DNA of 64,000 nucleotides from Dehalococcoidia bacterium. GTDB taxonomy: Bacteria > Chloroflexota > Dehalococcoidia > Plut-88900. Below, one piece after another: positions 19,971-30,157 of this stretch. Below the pieces are notes generated by a model. It had not been told where the DNA came from, ran no database searches, and was given only the letters and a program-made list of their open reading frames with translations. Made by a program: the position numbers and the translations under genes. The stretch is from contig OZ240219.1 of assembly GCA_965197645.1 (NCBI GenBank), positions 2,048,001 through 2,112,000 on the forward strand, given 5' to 3'. The first letter of the stretch is position 1, and each line of letters begins with the position of its first letter.

Positions 19971-20113
19971 GAGCCTGTCTCAGAACCCTGCTTTGAGAGA
20001 GTCCAGAGGGAAACTTCCCTCTGGCAGGGGGCCTGGAGGATGTTCCCCCAGCTACAAAACCTTCCGAGGGCGGGTGGTTGGGACTAAGACGTACGTACTT
20101 TTGAGACAAGCTC
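19971..20113. mobile_element. 143-bp MITE with 15-bp terminal inverted repeats and 4-bp target duplication
   Basis: GAGCCTGTCTCAGAA ... TTTTGAGACAAGCTC (13/15), flanked on both sides by ATGT (19967-19970, 20114-20117). Confidence 0.85.
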
Positions 20114-20500
20114 ATGTAGGAACGTTTCGTTACTGAGGAGAACTTGCGACGCTATCGGCGACGCGGGTCTAGGCCTCAAAGAAACCGGGGAGATAATCCG
20201 ACGGCGGAGGCTTGCATCTATATGCGGCTGGGCACTCATTTTTGAGTCCACAGAGACGTTCTCAGTTCAATCGTTAGGTAGTACGGGGACTAGGGCCCAA
20301 CCCCGGTATGTCCTTTCGGAGCCGAACTAGGAGTTTGTGGCCCGACGCACCACTGCCAGTTTCGCCCTATCTCGGATGTGCGGTTCCTACCAAGGCCACC
20401 GGCTTTCCCGTCCAGCGAAGTAGAAAAGAAGGCAGGATTTGTGCAAAACAGTACAATGGAAGACGAATAGCGCGCTAAGAGACGGTTCCCATGCGCGCAT

Positions 20501-22237
20501 ATGGGACAAGTTTTGGCTGCTGAAATCGTCAACGAGCACGTCCGCTACGAACCGGAAGAGAGCCCACCGCCGCTCATAGCTCTGGGAGCAGGCGCACAGG
20601 CGGCGTTGCTCATCGTGGCCCCGGTGGTACTAACCGTGGTCGTAGTGGTCCGCATAGCGGACGCACCCGAGAGCTACTTGGCGTGGGCCATATTCGCCGC
20701 GATGGTCGTCTGTGGCCTGACCACAGTGCTCCAGGCGGCGCGATGGGGTCGCTTCGGCTCTGGGCACGTGCTGATCATGGGCACGTCTGGGGCTTTCATC
20801 GCTGTTTGTGTGGCCGCCTTGGAGTTGGCCGGTCCAGCGACACTGGCCAGCCTTGTGGTCATTTCGTCTCTGTTCCAGTTCATGCTGGCGGCCAGACTAT
20901 CCCTGCTCCGACGCATCTTCACGCCGACTGTAACGGGAACCGTGATAATGCTCATTACCGCCACGGTAGCGCCGGTAGTCTACGATACGGTGGGCAACGT
21001 GCCGGAGGGTACAGACCCCATCGCGGTTCCATTGGTCGCCGTAATCACCCTGGCCGTCGTGGTGGCCATGGTGCTCCGTGCGCCTCCTTCGTTGCGACTG
21101 TGGTCTCCCATCGCCGGCATCGCCGCCGGGTGTGCCGTTGGAGCTCCCTTCGGCGTGTACGACGTCGCGGCTGTCACTGATGCAGCCTGGTTTGGCGTGC
21201 CGTTTCAAGATTGGCCCGGTCTTGACCTAACGCCCGGCACCGACTTCTGGGCGCTGCTGCCTGCCTTTGTAGTCGTTACGCTCGTGGGGGCCATCGAGAC
21301 CATCGGCGACGGTGTGGCCATCCAGCGCATCTCGCGTCGCCGCCCGCGCGCTACCGATTTCCGGGTTGTCCAGGGAGCCCTCAACGCAGACGGTATAGGC
21401 AATCTCCTCTCCGGCTTGGGTGCCACCCTGCCGAACACCACTTACTCCACCAGCATCTCCCTTGCCGAGGTCACCGGTATTGGCGCACGGCGAGTGGGCG
21501 TCATCATCTTTGCGCTGGCCTTCTTCCCCAAGTTCGCTGCACTACTCATCGCCATTCCCGCGCCGGTAGCTGCCGCCTACCTTCTCGTCCTAATTACGCT
21601 GCTGTTCGTGCAGGGTATGAAGATCGTCGTCCAAGATGGGGTTGACCACCGCAAGGCCGCAGTGACGGGGCTGTCCTTCTGGATCGGCGTGGGATTCCAG
21701 AACGGGTGGCTGTTTTCAGACCAACTGGGCGGATTCCTTGGTGTTCTGCTGGGCAACGGTATGACCTCCGGGGCGATCGTAGCCGTCATTATGATGGTGT
21801 TCTTAGAGCTGACCGGCCCCAGGCGTAAGCGGTTGCGCATCAACATGGATGAGGAAACGCTTACCAAACTCGGTGACTTTCTCAGGGGGTTTGCGAAAGA
21901 CGCCGGGTGGACCGACGCCTCAGTCGACCGGCTGGTGCTGGTGGGCGAAGAGACTCTGCACAGTATGACAGACGACGATGACGACCCAGAGCTGGCAAGT
22001 GGCCGACGTCTGGTGGTCACCGCCCGCTCCGTCGGTGGCAACGCCGAGTTGGAGTTTGTCTCCGCAACGGAAGAGGACAACCTGGAGGACAGACTCGCCT
22101 ACATGGGCGAGAACCCGGAGGTTCCCGACGACCGCGATATCTCGTTCCGGCTGCTGCGCCACCTCTCCTCGTCCGTCAAGCACCAAAAGTACCATGGCGT
22201 AGACATCGTTACGGTGAGCGTAGCCGGCCGGCCTTAG
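20501..22237 (+). CDS. NCS2 (xanthine/uracil permease family) transporter fused to a C-terminal RsbW/HATPase_c-like domain
   Basis: NCS2 motifs TTVLQA, MGTSGAFI, ETIGD, GALNADG, PNTTYS; soluble tail RLVLVGEE...ISFRLLRHLSSSVKHQKYHGVDIVTV. Confidence 0.85.
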   Translation: MGQVLAAEIVNEHVRYEPEESPPPLIALGAGAQAALLIVAPVVLTVVVVVRIADAPESYLAWAIFAAMVVCGLTTVLQAARWGRFGSGHVLIMGTSGAFIAVCVAALELAGPATLASLVVISSLFQFMLAARLSLLRRIFTPTVTGTVIMLITATVAPVVYDTVGNVPEGTDPIAVPLVAVITLAVVVAMVLRAPPSLRLWSPIAGIAAGCAVGAPFGVYDVAAVTDAAWFGVPFQDWPGLDLTPGTDFWALLPAFVVVTLVGAIETIGDGVAIQRISRRRPRATDFRVVQGALNADGIGNLLSGLGATLPNTTYSTSISLAEVTGIGARRVGVIIFALAFFPKFAALLIAIPAPVAAAYLLVLITLLFVQGMKIVVQDGVDHRKAAVTGLSFWIGVGFQNGWLFSDQLGGFLGVLLGNGMTSGAIVAVIMMVFLELTGPRRKRLRINMDEETLTKLGDFLRGFAKDAGWTDASVDRLVLVGEETLHSMTDDDDDPELASGRRLVVTARSVGGNAELEFVSATEEDNLEDRLAYMGENPEVPDDRDISFRLLRHLSSSVKHQKYHGVDIVTVSVAGRP

Positions 22238-22321
22238 CCCCCGCTACCGTACTACGTCGTGTAGAACGCGTTGTAGCGCGTCAAGATGCGACGCGGTCTA
22301 GCGTGGGAAGGGGAGTACACC

Positions 22322-22500
22322 ATGGACCGGCTTCCCGGCGTACGCTTCGTTCTTGGCGTCTGGCCAGGACCACCGCGAGCTTGAACCGCAGGCCTTCAAC
22401 ACCAATCGCTCCGAGGGTCTGAGCCGTTTCGATGAGTCGCTGGATGTCACGAAGCTACCGTGGAGGGTGAGGAAGTTGACTTTGATAGGCGATTTGGAAT
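22322..22500 (+). pseudogene. Frameshifted fragment of a luciferase-like monooxygenase
   Basis: MDRL.G.RFVLGV / EPQAFN..R...SRFDESLDV.KL.W / GEEVDFD across frames; parallels the intact LLM at 38286-39287. Confidence 0.65.
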
Positions 22501-22606
22501 GTCCGCGGAGCCGGCATCGTCATCACACCGGCACAACAGCTCCTTCCGATGACCTGGTTGGCCCCCATGGCCTCGTAGCGTGGGCCCCTTCGCCCGCTAG
22601 TCCAAA

Positions 22607-23353
22607 TCAACTCAAGTCCCTGAGAGGGGCCACGCTGAATATAACCGAGAAGGGCTTGCAGTAGATCACAACGCTCATCTGCGCGGTGACGTCCACTCCG
22701 TCGGGCACCTCGTAGTTCTGATTGCCGATGTTACCCTTCAGCCTTCCGAGGTCGTGGTAGCCGCCGTCCTTCACTTCGCTCCGAGTCGTCGGATCGTTGT
22801 GCGCCGATAGCAGAACGTGAAGCTGCGGCCCGTTGGTGACCTCGAAGTCCTCCAGCCGGATAACATGGGAGCCGTCCGGGCCACGATAGACTGCTGCCGT
22901 GCCGCTGCCCTTGTGGAAGCTGTCCTGGTCCCGGAAATTACCCTCCTTCAGCTTTATGGCCTCCCCGCTGCCTTCCTCCATCATCTCGGGCATGACCTCC
23001 GCTACCGGTTCGTTGTCCATCTTAGACATGGCAGCCATTGTCATCTCGATGTCCTCCCGCTCCATGTCGGCGGGCACGACTGCCGAGTATGCGAAGGGGA
23101 ACTCCTCTTCGACAGTCTTGCTGAGGAACAGTGGGGATCCAAGGTCCCAGGCTATGAATCCGGCCACGACCAGCAGTGGCGTGCCGACGATGATAAAGGG
23201 CCGCTTGTGCTTCCAGACCACCATATGCCACCGGCGCCGGCGGACGTAGAACCCTATCGCTGCGAGTACCGCCACGACACCAGCTAGGATCGGCCACCGG
23301 TACGGGTAGAGGTCGGCGGCGAGCCGTTCAAGATCCCCGAAGAACTCAGCCAT
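22607..23353 (-). CDS. DM13 domain membrane-anchored protein
   Basis: Two TM, then HKGSGTA...RLEDFEVTNGPQL...LGRLKGNIGNQNY...VVIYCKPFSV. Confidence 0.92.
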   Translation of the reverse strand: MAEFFGDLERLAADLYPYRWPILAGVVAVLAAIGFYVRRRRWHMVVWKHKRPFIIVGTPLLVVAGFIAWDLGSPLFLSKTVEEEFPFAYSAVVPADMEREDIEMTMAAMSKMDNEPVAEVMPEMMEEGSGEAIKLKEGNFRDQDSFHKGSGTAAVYRGPDGSHVIRLEDFEVTNGPQLHVLLSAHNDPTTRSEVKDGGYHDLGRLKGNIGNQNYEVPDGVDVTAQMSVVIYCKPFSVIFSVAPLRDLS

Positions 23354-23704
23354 ATTACGCTCCCTCAGCTTGATTGATGGGCTCGGAAACGATGCATCGC
23401 TAGTTTACCCTACAGCGAAGCCCATGTAATAGACCATACGCAGGGCTGGAGCTGGATTGGTGGGATGTGATCTCGTTCAGAAAGATGGGTGACACAGCAA
23501 GACGGACCTGATTACGGCCCCCCAAAGTGCGCCTACCACCCGGACTCTCCGACCAAACTCGAATCGGGCCTGTGGAGAAGAGTACGTTCGTAGTCAGCAA
23601 CGGGGAGACCAGCCGGTGGACGCCGACGCCGATACGACCATGGCCTCGTTAAACACCATGCCACCGGCAACCGGCTTCTGGAAAGACTCTGGCCGTTCGA
23701 ACGG

Positions 23705-24925
23705 TCAAGGTTGTGCGGACGGGGTTGGTTGATCCTCGGGTGGGGTTGGGGCGTACCCCACCATTTCCACGAAACCTCGGCCCGCTACAGGCGCTCCGTC
23801 CCTGGTTCCCACCGCCGAGACAGACCCCTCCCAGTAGACCACAGGGATAAAAGCGCTCAGGGCGAATTCCGCCTCCTCCATCGTGGGAGTCAGCGTCAGG
23901 TCCAGCTCCAGTGAGTCGACTCGCAGTTTCCAGCTCATGGGGTAGACCGCCCCTGTGACAGGGCTGGTCCAAGTTCCGGTGGAGTCCAGGGAGATGTCAT
24001 CGCCGGGCAGATGCAGCGGCACGGAGTCGGCCGGGACGTAGGTACCGTAGGCGGCGATGGGCTTGTGCCCGTCCTGTTCCCACACCATCGAGACCGTGAG
24101 GTCGGAGCCATCGTCCAAGTTGAGGCTTAACCAGTCCCAACCAATGTCGCTAATCGTGAATTCGCCCCACTGATGGTCCATCCAGGAAACTCCTGAGACA
24201 GAGTGGGAGACGCCGGAAACAGAGACGGTGCCGGAGGTCTCCAGCCGAGTACGGGAGTAGTAGAAGGTCTTACCTGCTATACCCAAGTCCACTAGCCCGG
24301 TGCCGTAGTGGAGCACGGCGGGTTTTAGCGAATCCGCTTCCAGCTCTACCGTGTAGTCCCCAGCCGCGAAGCTGAGATGGTACACCTCGCCGTTGCCACT
24401 CATCCGCCAGTCCTCCGTGGACAAATCGAACTCACCCGACGACTGCTCTGCCAGGGGAAATACAGCCTTCTCCTCGGTCAGGTGCAGCCCTTTGGCGTGA
24501 TCGGCCCAACTTAGCTGCGCCAATCGCGATGTCAAGTTGAAGGGCAGCAGGGATTGAAAAGTGACGAAGTGATAGCTGAACTCCTGATCGTTCTCCGTCG
24601 TCAGGTGGCCGTTGAAGTACCACCACTCCAGGTCGGACAGATGGGGCCCCTCGTCGTGGGGCAACCGGACCGTACCTTCCGGTGCAGCGGTCACGGTGGC
24701 CGGGAGGGCCGTGGCCGTGGGTACCGGATCTGGAGACGACTGAGGAGCGGGAGATGGCTCTGGAGATGGAGACTGGGCGGGAGTGGTGATCGGTGAAGCA
24801 GCTGCCTGAGGGGTTGATCTCGGAGCGTCATCGGCTGCGCCGGAACATGCCAACGCAACAATGATTGGCAACATCAGCCCGAAGCGAGGTGAAAGCATTC
24901 GTACCAGGTAGGATATAAGCATCAC
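23705..24925 (-). CDS. CrtC/AttH-like lipocalin-fold lipoprotein (predicted secreted hydrolase/hydratase)
   Basis: Lipobox ALAC; EWWYFNG, YYSRTR, WMDHQWG, GWDW, YWEG, GFVEM. Confidence 0.88.
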   Translation of the reverse strand: MMLISYLVRMLSPRFGLMLPIIVALACSGAADDAPRSTPQAAASPITTPAQSPSPEPSPAPQSSPDPVPTATALPATVTAAPEGTVRLPHDEGPHLSDLEWWYFNGHLTTENDQEFSYHFVTFQSLLPFNLTSRLAQLSWADHAKGLHLTEEKAVFPLAEQSSGEFDLSTEDWRMSGNGEVYHLSFAAGDYTVELEADSLKPAVLHYGTGLVDLGIAGKTFYYSRTRLETSGTVSVSGVSHSVSGVSWMDHQWGEFTISDIGWDWLSLNLDDGSDLTVSMVWEQDGHKPIAAYGTYVPADSVPLHLPGDDISLDSTGTWTSPVTGAVYPMSWKLRVDSLELDLTLTPTMEEAEFALSAFIPVVYWEGSVSAVGTRDGAPVAGRGFVEMVGYAPTPPEDQPTPSAQP

Positions 24926-25163
24926 CTATTCAAGGTGCTCCGAGTTCAAGCCCCTAACCTGGAACGTCTCATGCACGGACCGTCACTGCGGGGTGTCCGG
25001 TCGTGCCGCCGGCCGAAGGAGCGAACGACCCAAGGTCGAGAACAGCGAGAGGGGACCCTGTGCCTTCCCAGAGAATTCCGTCGGGTTCGGCAGGACCTTC
25101 TCGCCGGAGTCCGAGCTGATGGCGACGGAGCCAGGGAGTAGTTCGGCGCCCCTATCGGAATGG

Positions 25164-26558
25164 CTAGTCTTCGTCGTCCATCTCCGGCATCAACACGAAC
25201 TCGGGGTAAGACTCCATGCCCAACTCGCCGACATCCTGTCCCAGCCGTTCCACCTGTGGAGATACCCGCGCTCCCATGAGCCTGTTGAGCGCGTGCCACA
25301 GGACGAAGGACACCGAGAACACGAAGGCGCCTATTGCCAGTATGCCAATCAGTTGTAAGTGGAAGGTCGCGCCCCCGGCGATGCAGGCGGCTATGGTGCC
25401 CCATATGCCGGCGAACAGATGGGCCGGCACAGCGCCTACCACATCGTCCACTTTGACCTTCTCCATGAGCTTGATGCCGGCTACGCAAATGACGCCGCCT
25501 ACGGCCCCTATGATCACCGCCCAGTAGTGGTCAGTCATGGTGGGGGCTGCGGTGATGGAGACCAGACCGGCGATGGCGCCGTTTAGCCCGGCGTACAGGT
25601 CGATGCGTCCCAGCAGATGCCGGGAGGCGATGATGGCAGCCATCACTCCGGCCGCGGCGGCCAGGTTGGTATTGACCAGTACGATGCTCATGGCTATAGC
25701 GTCGAAGGCGCTGCCCAATGCTAGTTGAGAGCCGCCATTGAATCCAAACCATCCCAGCCAAAGGATGAACACGCCCAGGGTCACGACCAGGATGTTGGAT
25801 GGCGGCGTAGGACGAACCGAACCATCGCGCTTGAACTTGCCTAGCCTCGGCCCTACTACCAGAGCTCCGGCGAGTGCAGCCCAACCACCGGTGCTGTGTA
25901 CGATGGTCGACCCGGCGAAATCTACGAAACCCAGGTCATAGAGCCAGCCGGTTCCCCATGTCCAAGCCCCTACGATGGGGTAGATGATGGCGGTTAGTAG
26001 CAGGGTGAACAGGAAGAAGGGCCATATCTTTACCCTCTCCGCCAAAGTACCGGATACGATGGAAGCAGCAGTCGCAACGAACACCATCTGGAAGAACCAG
26101 TCCGACATGGTAGAGTAACCGGGCTCCAACACCTCCGCCAGCATACCTTCTGCCCCGTCGATCAACGCTACCTCCATCGCCGACGACGTATAGAGGCCCT
26201 TGAATGTACCGATAACGCCGGCGTAATCGCCGACATCCACGTACATCAGGTTGTAGCCAACGAAGTAGAAAGCCAACCCAGCGATAGAGTAGATGCCGAT
26301 GTTCTTCAAGCAGATCATAGCGGCGTTCTTCGTTCGGACGGAGCCCGACTCCAGCATGGTGAATCCCGCGCACATCCACATCACCAATACGCCCCATATC
26401 ATGAAGGCGAAGGTGTTGAAAATGAATGCGGTCTCGTCCCCTACCCCGGCGGCGTGAGCTATGCCGGGCTTCAAGAGAAAGAAGATGAGAAACAGGATGC
26501 CGGCTGCGGCCATTACGGCCGCGAGACGATGGTATGACAGAAATCGTATTAGCGTCAT
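25164..26558 (-). CDS. amtB: Ammonium transporter
   Basis: DFAGSTIVHSTGG, WFGFNGGS, DDVVGAVPAH; start placed at ATG 26558. Confidence 0.96.
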   Translation of the reverse strand: MTLIRFLSYHRLAAVMAAAGILFLIFFLLKPGIAHAAGVGDETAFIFNTFAFMIWGVLVMWMCAGFTMLESGSVRTKNAAMICLKNIGIYSIAGLAFYFVGYNLMYVDVGDYAGVIGTFKGLYTSSAMEVALIDGAEGMLAEVLEPGYSTMSDWFFQMVFVATAASIVSGTLAERVKIWPFFLFTLLLTAIIYPIVGAWTWGTGWLYDLGFVDFAGSTIVHSTGGWAALAGALVVGPRLGKFKRDGSVRPTPPSNILVVTLGVFILWLGWFGFNGGSQLALGSAFDAIAMSIVLVNTNLAAAAGVMAAIIASRHLLGRIDLYAGLNGAIAGLVSITAAPTMTDHYWAVIIGAVGGVICVAGIKLMEKVKVDDVVGAVPAHLFAGIWGTIAACIAGGATFHLQLIGILAIGAFVFSVSFVLWHALNRLMGARVSPQVERLGQDVGELGMESYPEFVLMPEMDDED

Positions 26559-26687
26559 AAAATGTACACCCCTACGAGGTGGCGTTGCCTGACACCTCAA
26601 CACAATGCCGCCGATTCCATACTCCCGATGCCGTCGTGCCCTCCGCGGCCAACCCGAACGCATCGGCTGCCTATGTATTCAATCGCT

Positions 26688-26716
26688 AATTTAGTCACAA
26701 TCAGGCCTCTTGTCAA
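26688..26716 (-). promoter_or_regulatory. Sigma70-type promoter for amtB
   Basis: TTGACA-N17-TAAATT on the minus strand. Confidence 0.6.
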
Positions 26717-26840
26717 CGGGAATTGGTAGAGAAACCGGGTTAGTCCCGGGCGCCGATGTGTAGATGCACACCCCATAGTTCATCAACCTGCTGACGCTGA
26801 CTGTGCCGAACATCGCAGAGCACGTGGCTCCGTCATAAGC

Positions 26841-26876
26841 AGAGGGGGCGTCCCGATGCATCGGGACGCCCCCTCT
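26841..26876. terminator. Perfect 36-bp palindrome, probable terminator of the ThDP enzyme gene
   Basis: AGAGGGGGCGTCCCGATG/CATCGGGACGCCCCCTCT, 30 nt after the stop codon. Confidence 0.6.
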
Positions 26877-26906
26877 TTAACGGCTAGTCTATTTCGTAGG
26901 CTCGGC

Positions 26907-28556
26907 TTAGTGTTCGTAGGGCTGGAAGTTCTGGGTCGTCGAGGCCGCCCACCGGTCGGTGACCACGTTGACGATGGCCGGCTTGCCGGAGGCGTAAGCC
27001 CTCTCGAGAGCGGGCTTGATGTCCTCGGGCTTGTCCACGTACTCGCCGTGAGCCCCCAGGGACTCGCCTAGCTTGTCGTAACGCTGCTCGAAGCCCAGCT
27101 CCACTCCCGTCTTCAGGTCGTCCTCCGACCGCCCGGCAGCCCAGCCTCCGTTCTGATTGACCACGCAGACGACGGGTATGTTGTGGCGCACTGCCGTATC
27201 GATGTTGATGGCGTTGATCCCGAAGGAGCCGTCGCCGTGAATGACGAGGGTCTTCTTGTCCGGCTTGGCAGCGGCGGCCGCTATTCCGAAGGGAAGACCG
27301 ACACCCATGCAACCCGATGCGCCGGAGTTTAGCCTGTGGCCCGGCATGTAGGTGGGGAGACTCTGCCGGCCGAAGTTAAGGGTCTCGTGGCCGTCAACCA
27401 CCAGGACAGCGTCCCTGGGAAGGAAGTCTCGTATCTCCTTCATCATTCGCAACGCGTGCATAGGGCTCTGGTCGGAGTTGAGGAGAGGCTCGCTCCTCTC
27501 GGCGTTGGTCGCCTCTTTGGCGGCCAGCTTCTCTACCCACGGGGTACCGCTCTTGTTGGGGAAGTTCTGCTCCTTCGCCTCTTGCGTAAGCTGCTGGAGC
27601 ACCATCTTGGCGTCCCCGACGATACCGACGTCGGCCGCCCGGTTGTGTCCTATCTCCTCGCGATCGGTGTTGATCTGGATCGTCTTGAGGTCGGCGGCGA
27701 ACCTGGGCGCCTGCATGTACTGCCATATCCAGTTGATCCTGGTGCCGATGACCAGCGCAACGTCGGCCTCTCGGAAAGCCGTCGATCGGGCAGCCGGGAA
27801 CGACAGACCGTGGTCTTCGGGCACTACGCCCCTACCCTGGGGAGTCGTGTAGAAGGGTATGCCGGCGGCGTCGACAAACTCCTCCAGCTCCTTCCACGCC
27901 TTGGACCAGAACACTCCTGTCCCGGAGAGCACCAGGGGCCTCTCCGCCTTGGACAGCAGATCTATGGCCGCTTTTACGTCGTCGGGATTGCCCATTGGCC
28001 GGGACTCGGTCCTGGATTGCTCCGGATAGAAGATATCGCCCTCGTCTGCCAGCTCATGGAGGACGTCTCCAGGCAGGTCCAAATATACGGGGCCAGGCCT
28101 GTTGCCCCAGCACTTGCGGAAGGCGACGCTTACAAGTTCGGGAATTCTCCTTGCCTCGTTGACCTGGGCCGCCCACTTGGTGATGGGTCTCATCACGCTG
28201 ACCTGGTCTACTTCCTGGAAGTCCTCCCAGCCGGTTAGCCGAGAATTGCTGGACCCACCGATGGAGACCACGGGGCAGGCGTCGGTAAAGGCCGTCACTA
28301 TACCCGTTACCAGGTTTGTAGTGCCCGGTCCGGAACAGGCGGCGCACACGCCGGGTTCGCCGGTGACGCGGCTCCAGCCATGGGCCATCATCGCTGCGCC
28401 CTGCTCGTGCCGGGCGTCTATCAGTCGAATGGCTCCTTCCTTCTCGATTTCGTAGTAGAAGGAGTCCATTGGGCCCCCGGACAGGAAGAAAAGCGTGCTT
28501 ACTCCCTCGTGCTTCAGGGCCTTCGCTAAGATCCGATTGCCTGTGACTTCGGCCAT
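26907..28556 (-). CDS. Thiamine-diphosphate enzyme (acetolactate synthase / 2-hydroxyacyl-CoA lyase-like)
   Basis: RHEQGA, SGPGTTN, GPVYLDLP, ThDP motif GDGSFG...NQN. Confidence 0.92.
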   Translation of the reverse strand: MAEVTGNRILAKALKHEGVSTLFFLSGGPMDSFYYEIEKEGAIRLIDARHEQGAAMMAHGWSRVTGEPGVCAACSGPGTTNLVTGIVTAFTDACPVVSIGGSSNSRLTGWEDFQEVDQVSVMRPITKWAAQVNEARRIPELVSVAFRKCWGNRPGPVYLDLPGDVLHELADEGDIFYPEQSRTESRPMGNPDDVKAAIDLLSKAERPLVLSGTGVFWSKAWKELEEFVDAAGIPFYTTPQGRGVVPEDHGLSFPAARSTAFREADVALVIGTRINWIWQYMQAPRFAADLKTIQINTDREEIGHNRAADVGIVGDAKMVLQQLTQEAKEQNFPNKSGTPWVEKLAAKEATNAERSEPLLNSDQSPMHALRMMKEIRDFLPRDAVLVVDGHETLNFGRQSLPTYMPGHRLNSGASGCMGVGLPFGIAAAAAKPDKKTLVIHGDGSFGINAINIDTAVRHNIPVVCVVNQNGGWAAGRSEDDLKTGVELGFEQRYDKLGESLGAHGEYVDKPEDIKPALERAYASGKPAIVNVVTDRWAASTTQNFQPYEH

Positions 28557-28721
28557 ACTATCCTCCCCTGTTATCTGGGTTTAAACGCTCGAAAACGTGT
28601 GCTGCGCCCGCGAAGGCAGAAATGTTCAGAATCAGTCGCCGGGAGCCTCTCCGCCACTCCCAGGATGGCACGTCATTATATGGGTTACCGCCGGACTTAG
28701 TCAACGCAGAAGCCGGGAGCT

Positions 28722-29384
28722 CTACAGCTCCATCTCTTTCAGCTCGGGGCTGGCCGTCAAGACGGCCTCGGTAGCGGCCTGTATCTCCTCGAAGGTGAAC
28801 CCCGGAGCGTACTCGGTCAGCTCCAGTCCCTGTGCCGTCAATCGAATCACGGCCATATCGGTCACGATGGTGTCGACACACCTCATGCCCGTCAGGGGCA
28901 GAGTGCACTCCTTCAGGATCTTGGGGTTGCCCTGCCTGTCGACGTGCTCCATGGCCGCGATGACGCGCTTGGCGCCCGTTGCTATGTCCATCGCCCCGCC
29001 TATCGCACCGATGACGCCGCCGGGCCGCATCCAGTTGGCCAGGTCGCCCTGTTCCGACACTTGCATTGCTCCGAGGACGGTAATGTCCACGTATCCGCCG
29101 CGCACCATGGCGAAAGCTTCAACAGAATCCATCAGGCTCATGCCCGGCAATGGCGTAATGAACTGGCCGCCGGCATTGACCAGTAGGATATCCTCCTCGC
29201 CCTCCGGAGCGAAGGAACCGTAACCCAGGGTGCCGTTCTCGGCGTGAAACAGCACTGTCCTGCCCTCGGGGATGTAGTTGGCTGCCAATGTGGGCAGACC
29301 TATGCCCAGGTTCACCACGTCCCCGTCCTGGAACTCCAGAGCCACCCGCAGGGCCAAGGTCTCTCTATCCAACCGTTCAGCCAT
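28722..29384 (-). CDS. 3-oxoacid CoA-transferase subunit B (copy 2)
   Basis: NLGIGLPT, catalytic AENG, GDLANW, GGAMD. Confidence 0.93.
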   Translation of the reverse strand: MAERLDRETLALRVALEFQDGDVVNLGIGLPTLAANYIPEGRTVLFHAENGTLGYGSFAPEGEEDILLVNAGGQFITPLPGMSLMDSVEAFAMVRGGYVDITVLGAMQVSEQGDLANWMRPGGVIGAIGGAMDIATGAKRVIAAMEHVDRQGNPKILKECTLPLTGMRCVDTIVTDMAVIRLTAQGLELTEYAPGFTFEEIQAATEAVLTASPELKEMEL

Positions 29385-29401
29385 CCCCGTCCTCTTTACT
29401 T

Positions 29402-30157
29402 TCAAGACAGTCGCTTTTTCGCCCTGGCGACGATCCTATCTACGTATATCCCCGGCGTGACTATCCTTTCCGGGTCCAGCTCTCCGGGCTCTACCACCTC
29501 GTCCACCTCGGCTATTGTGATGTCCGCGGCTGTAGCCATGGAAACGTTGAAGTGCCTGGTGTTGCCCTTGTAGACCAGGTTGCCCATGGTGTCCGCCCTG
29601 TGTGCCCGGACCAAGGCGTAATCGGCACGGAGAGCGGTCTCCAGGATATACTCCCGGCCGTCGATGACCCGGCTCTCCTTGCCTTCTGCCACCATTGTTC
29701 CCACGCCGACGGGTGACCAGAAGGCCGCGATCCCGGCGCCCCCGGCCCGAATCCGCTCTGCCAGTATACCCTGGGGGTTCACCTCGATCTGGATACGACC
29801 AGCCTTGAAGCCATCCTCCAGCGCATTGGGACGAGGCGCCAGCGGCGAGCGGGTGAATGAGGCTATAACCTTCGATATCTGGTCGTTGTCGACCAGCACC
29901 CCCTGGTCCATGGCCATGTCTTCTCCGCGCACCCCGAAGGGGACCCCGATTCCCGCCGTATTGCCGATTATCGTCAGGTCCTTGGAGCCGTGGTCCCGCA
30001 GGGCGCGGATCAAAAACATGGGCATCCCGCCCGGCCCGCCGAACTGCCCTATCATGATGCTGGCGCCGTCCGGGATATCCGCCACCGCTTCCGCGAACGT
30101 AACGTAGACCTTGCTCTTGGCCTGGGGTTTGTTGCTGAACCAGGGCTTCTCTATCAA
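29402..30157 (-). CDS. 3-oxoacid CoA-transferase subunit A (copy 2)
   Basis: PQGILAERIRAGGAG, GNLVYK...FN, TPGIYVD; TTG start overlaps the upstream TGA. Confidence 0.92.
   Translation of the reverse strand: MIEKPWFSNKPQAKSKVYVTFAEAVADIPDGASIMIGQFGGPGGMPMFLIRALRDHGSKDLTIIGNTAGIGVPFGVRGEDMAMDQGVLVDNDQISKVIASFTRSPLAPRPNALEDGFKAGRIQIEVNPQGILAERIRAGGAGIAAFWSPVGVGTMVAEGKESRVIDGREYILETALRADYALVRAHRADTMGNLVYKGNTRHFNVSMATAADITIAEVDEVVEPGELDPERIVTPGIYVDRIVARAKKRLS

Noticed and set aside
24930-25160. Possible gene remnant between the CrtC-like gene and amtB
   Set aside because: No recognisable motif in any frame read.
28560-28700. TPP riboswitch upstream of the ThDP enzyme
   Set aside because: The CTGAGA and ACCTGA...TAAT...GCG.AGG consensus elements are absent.
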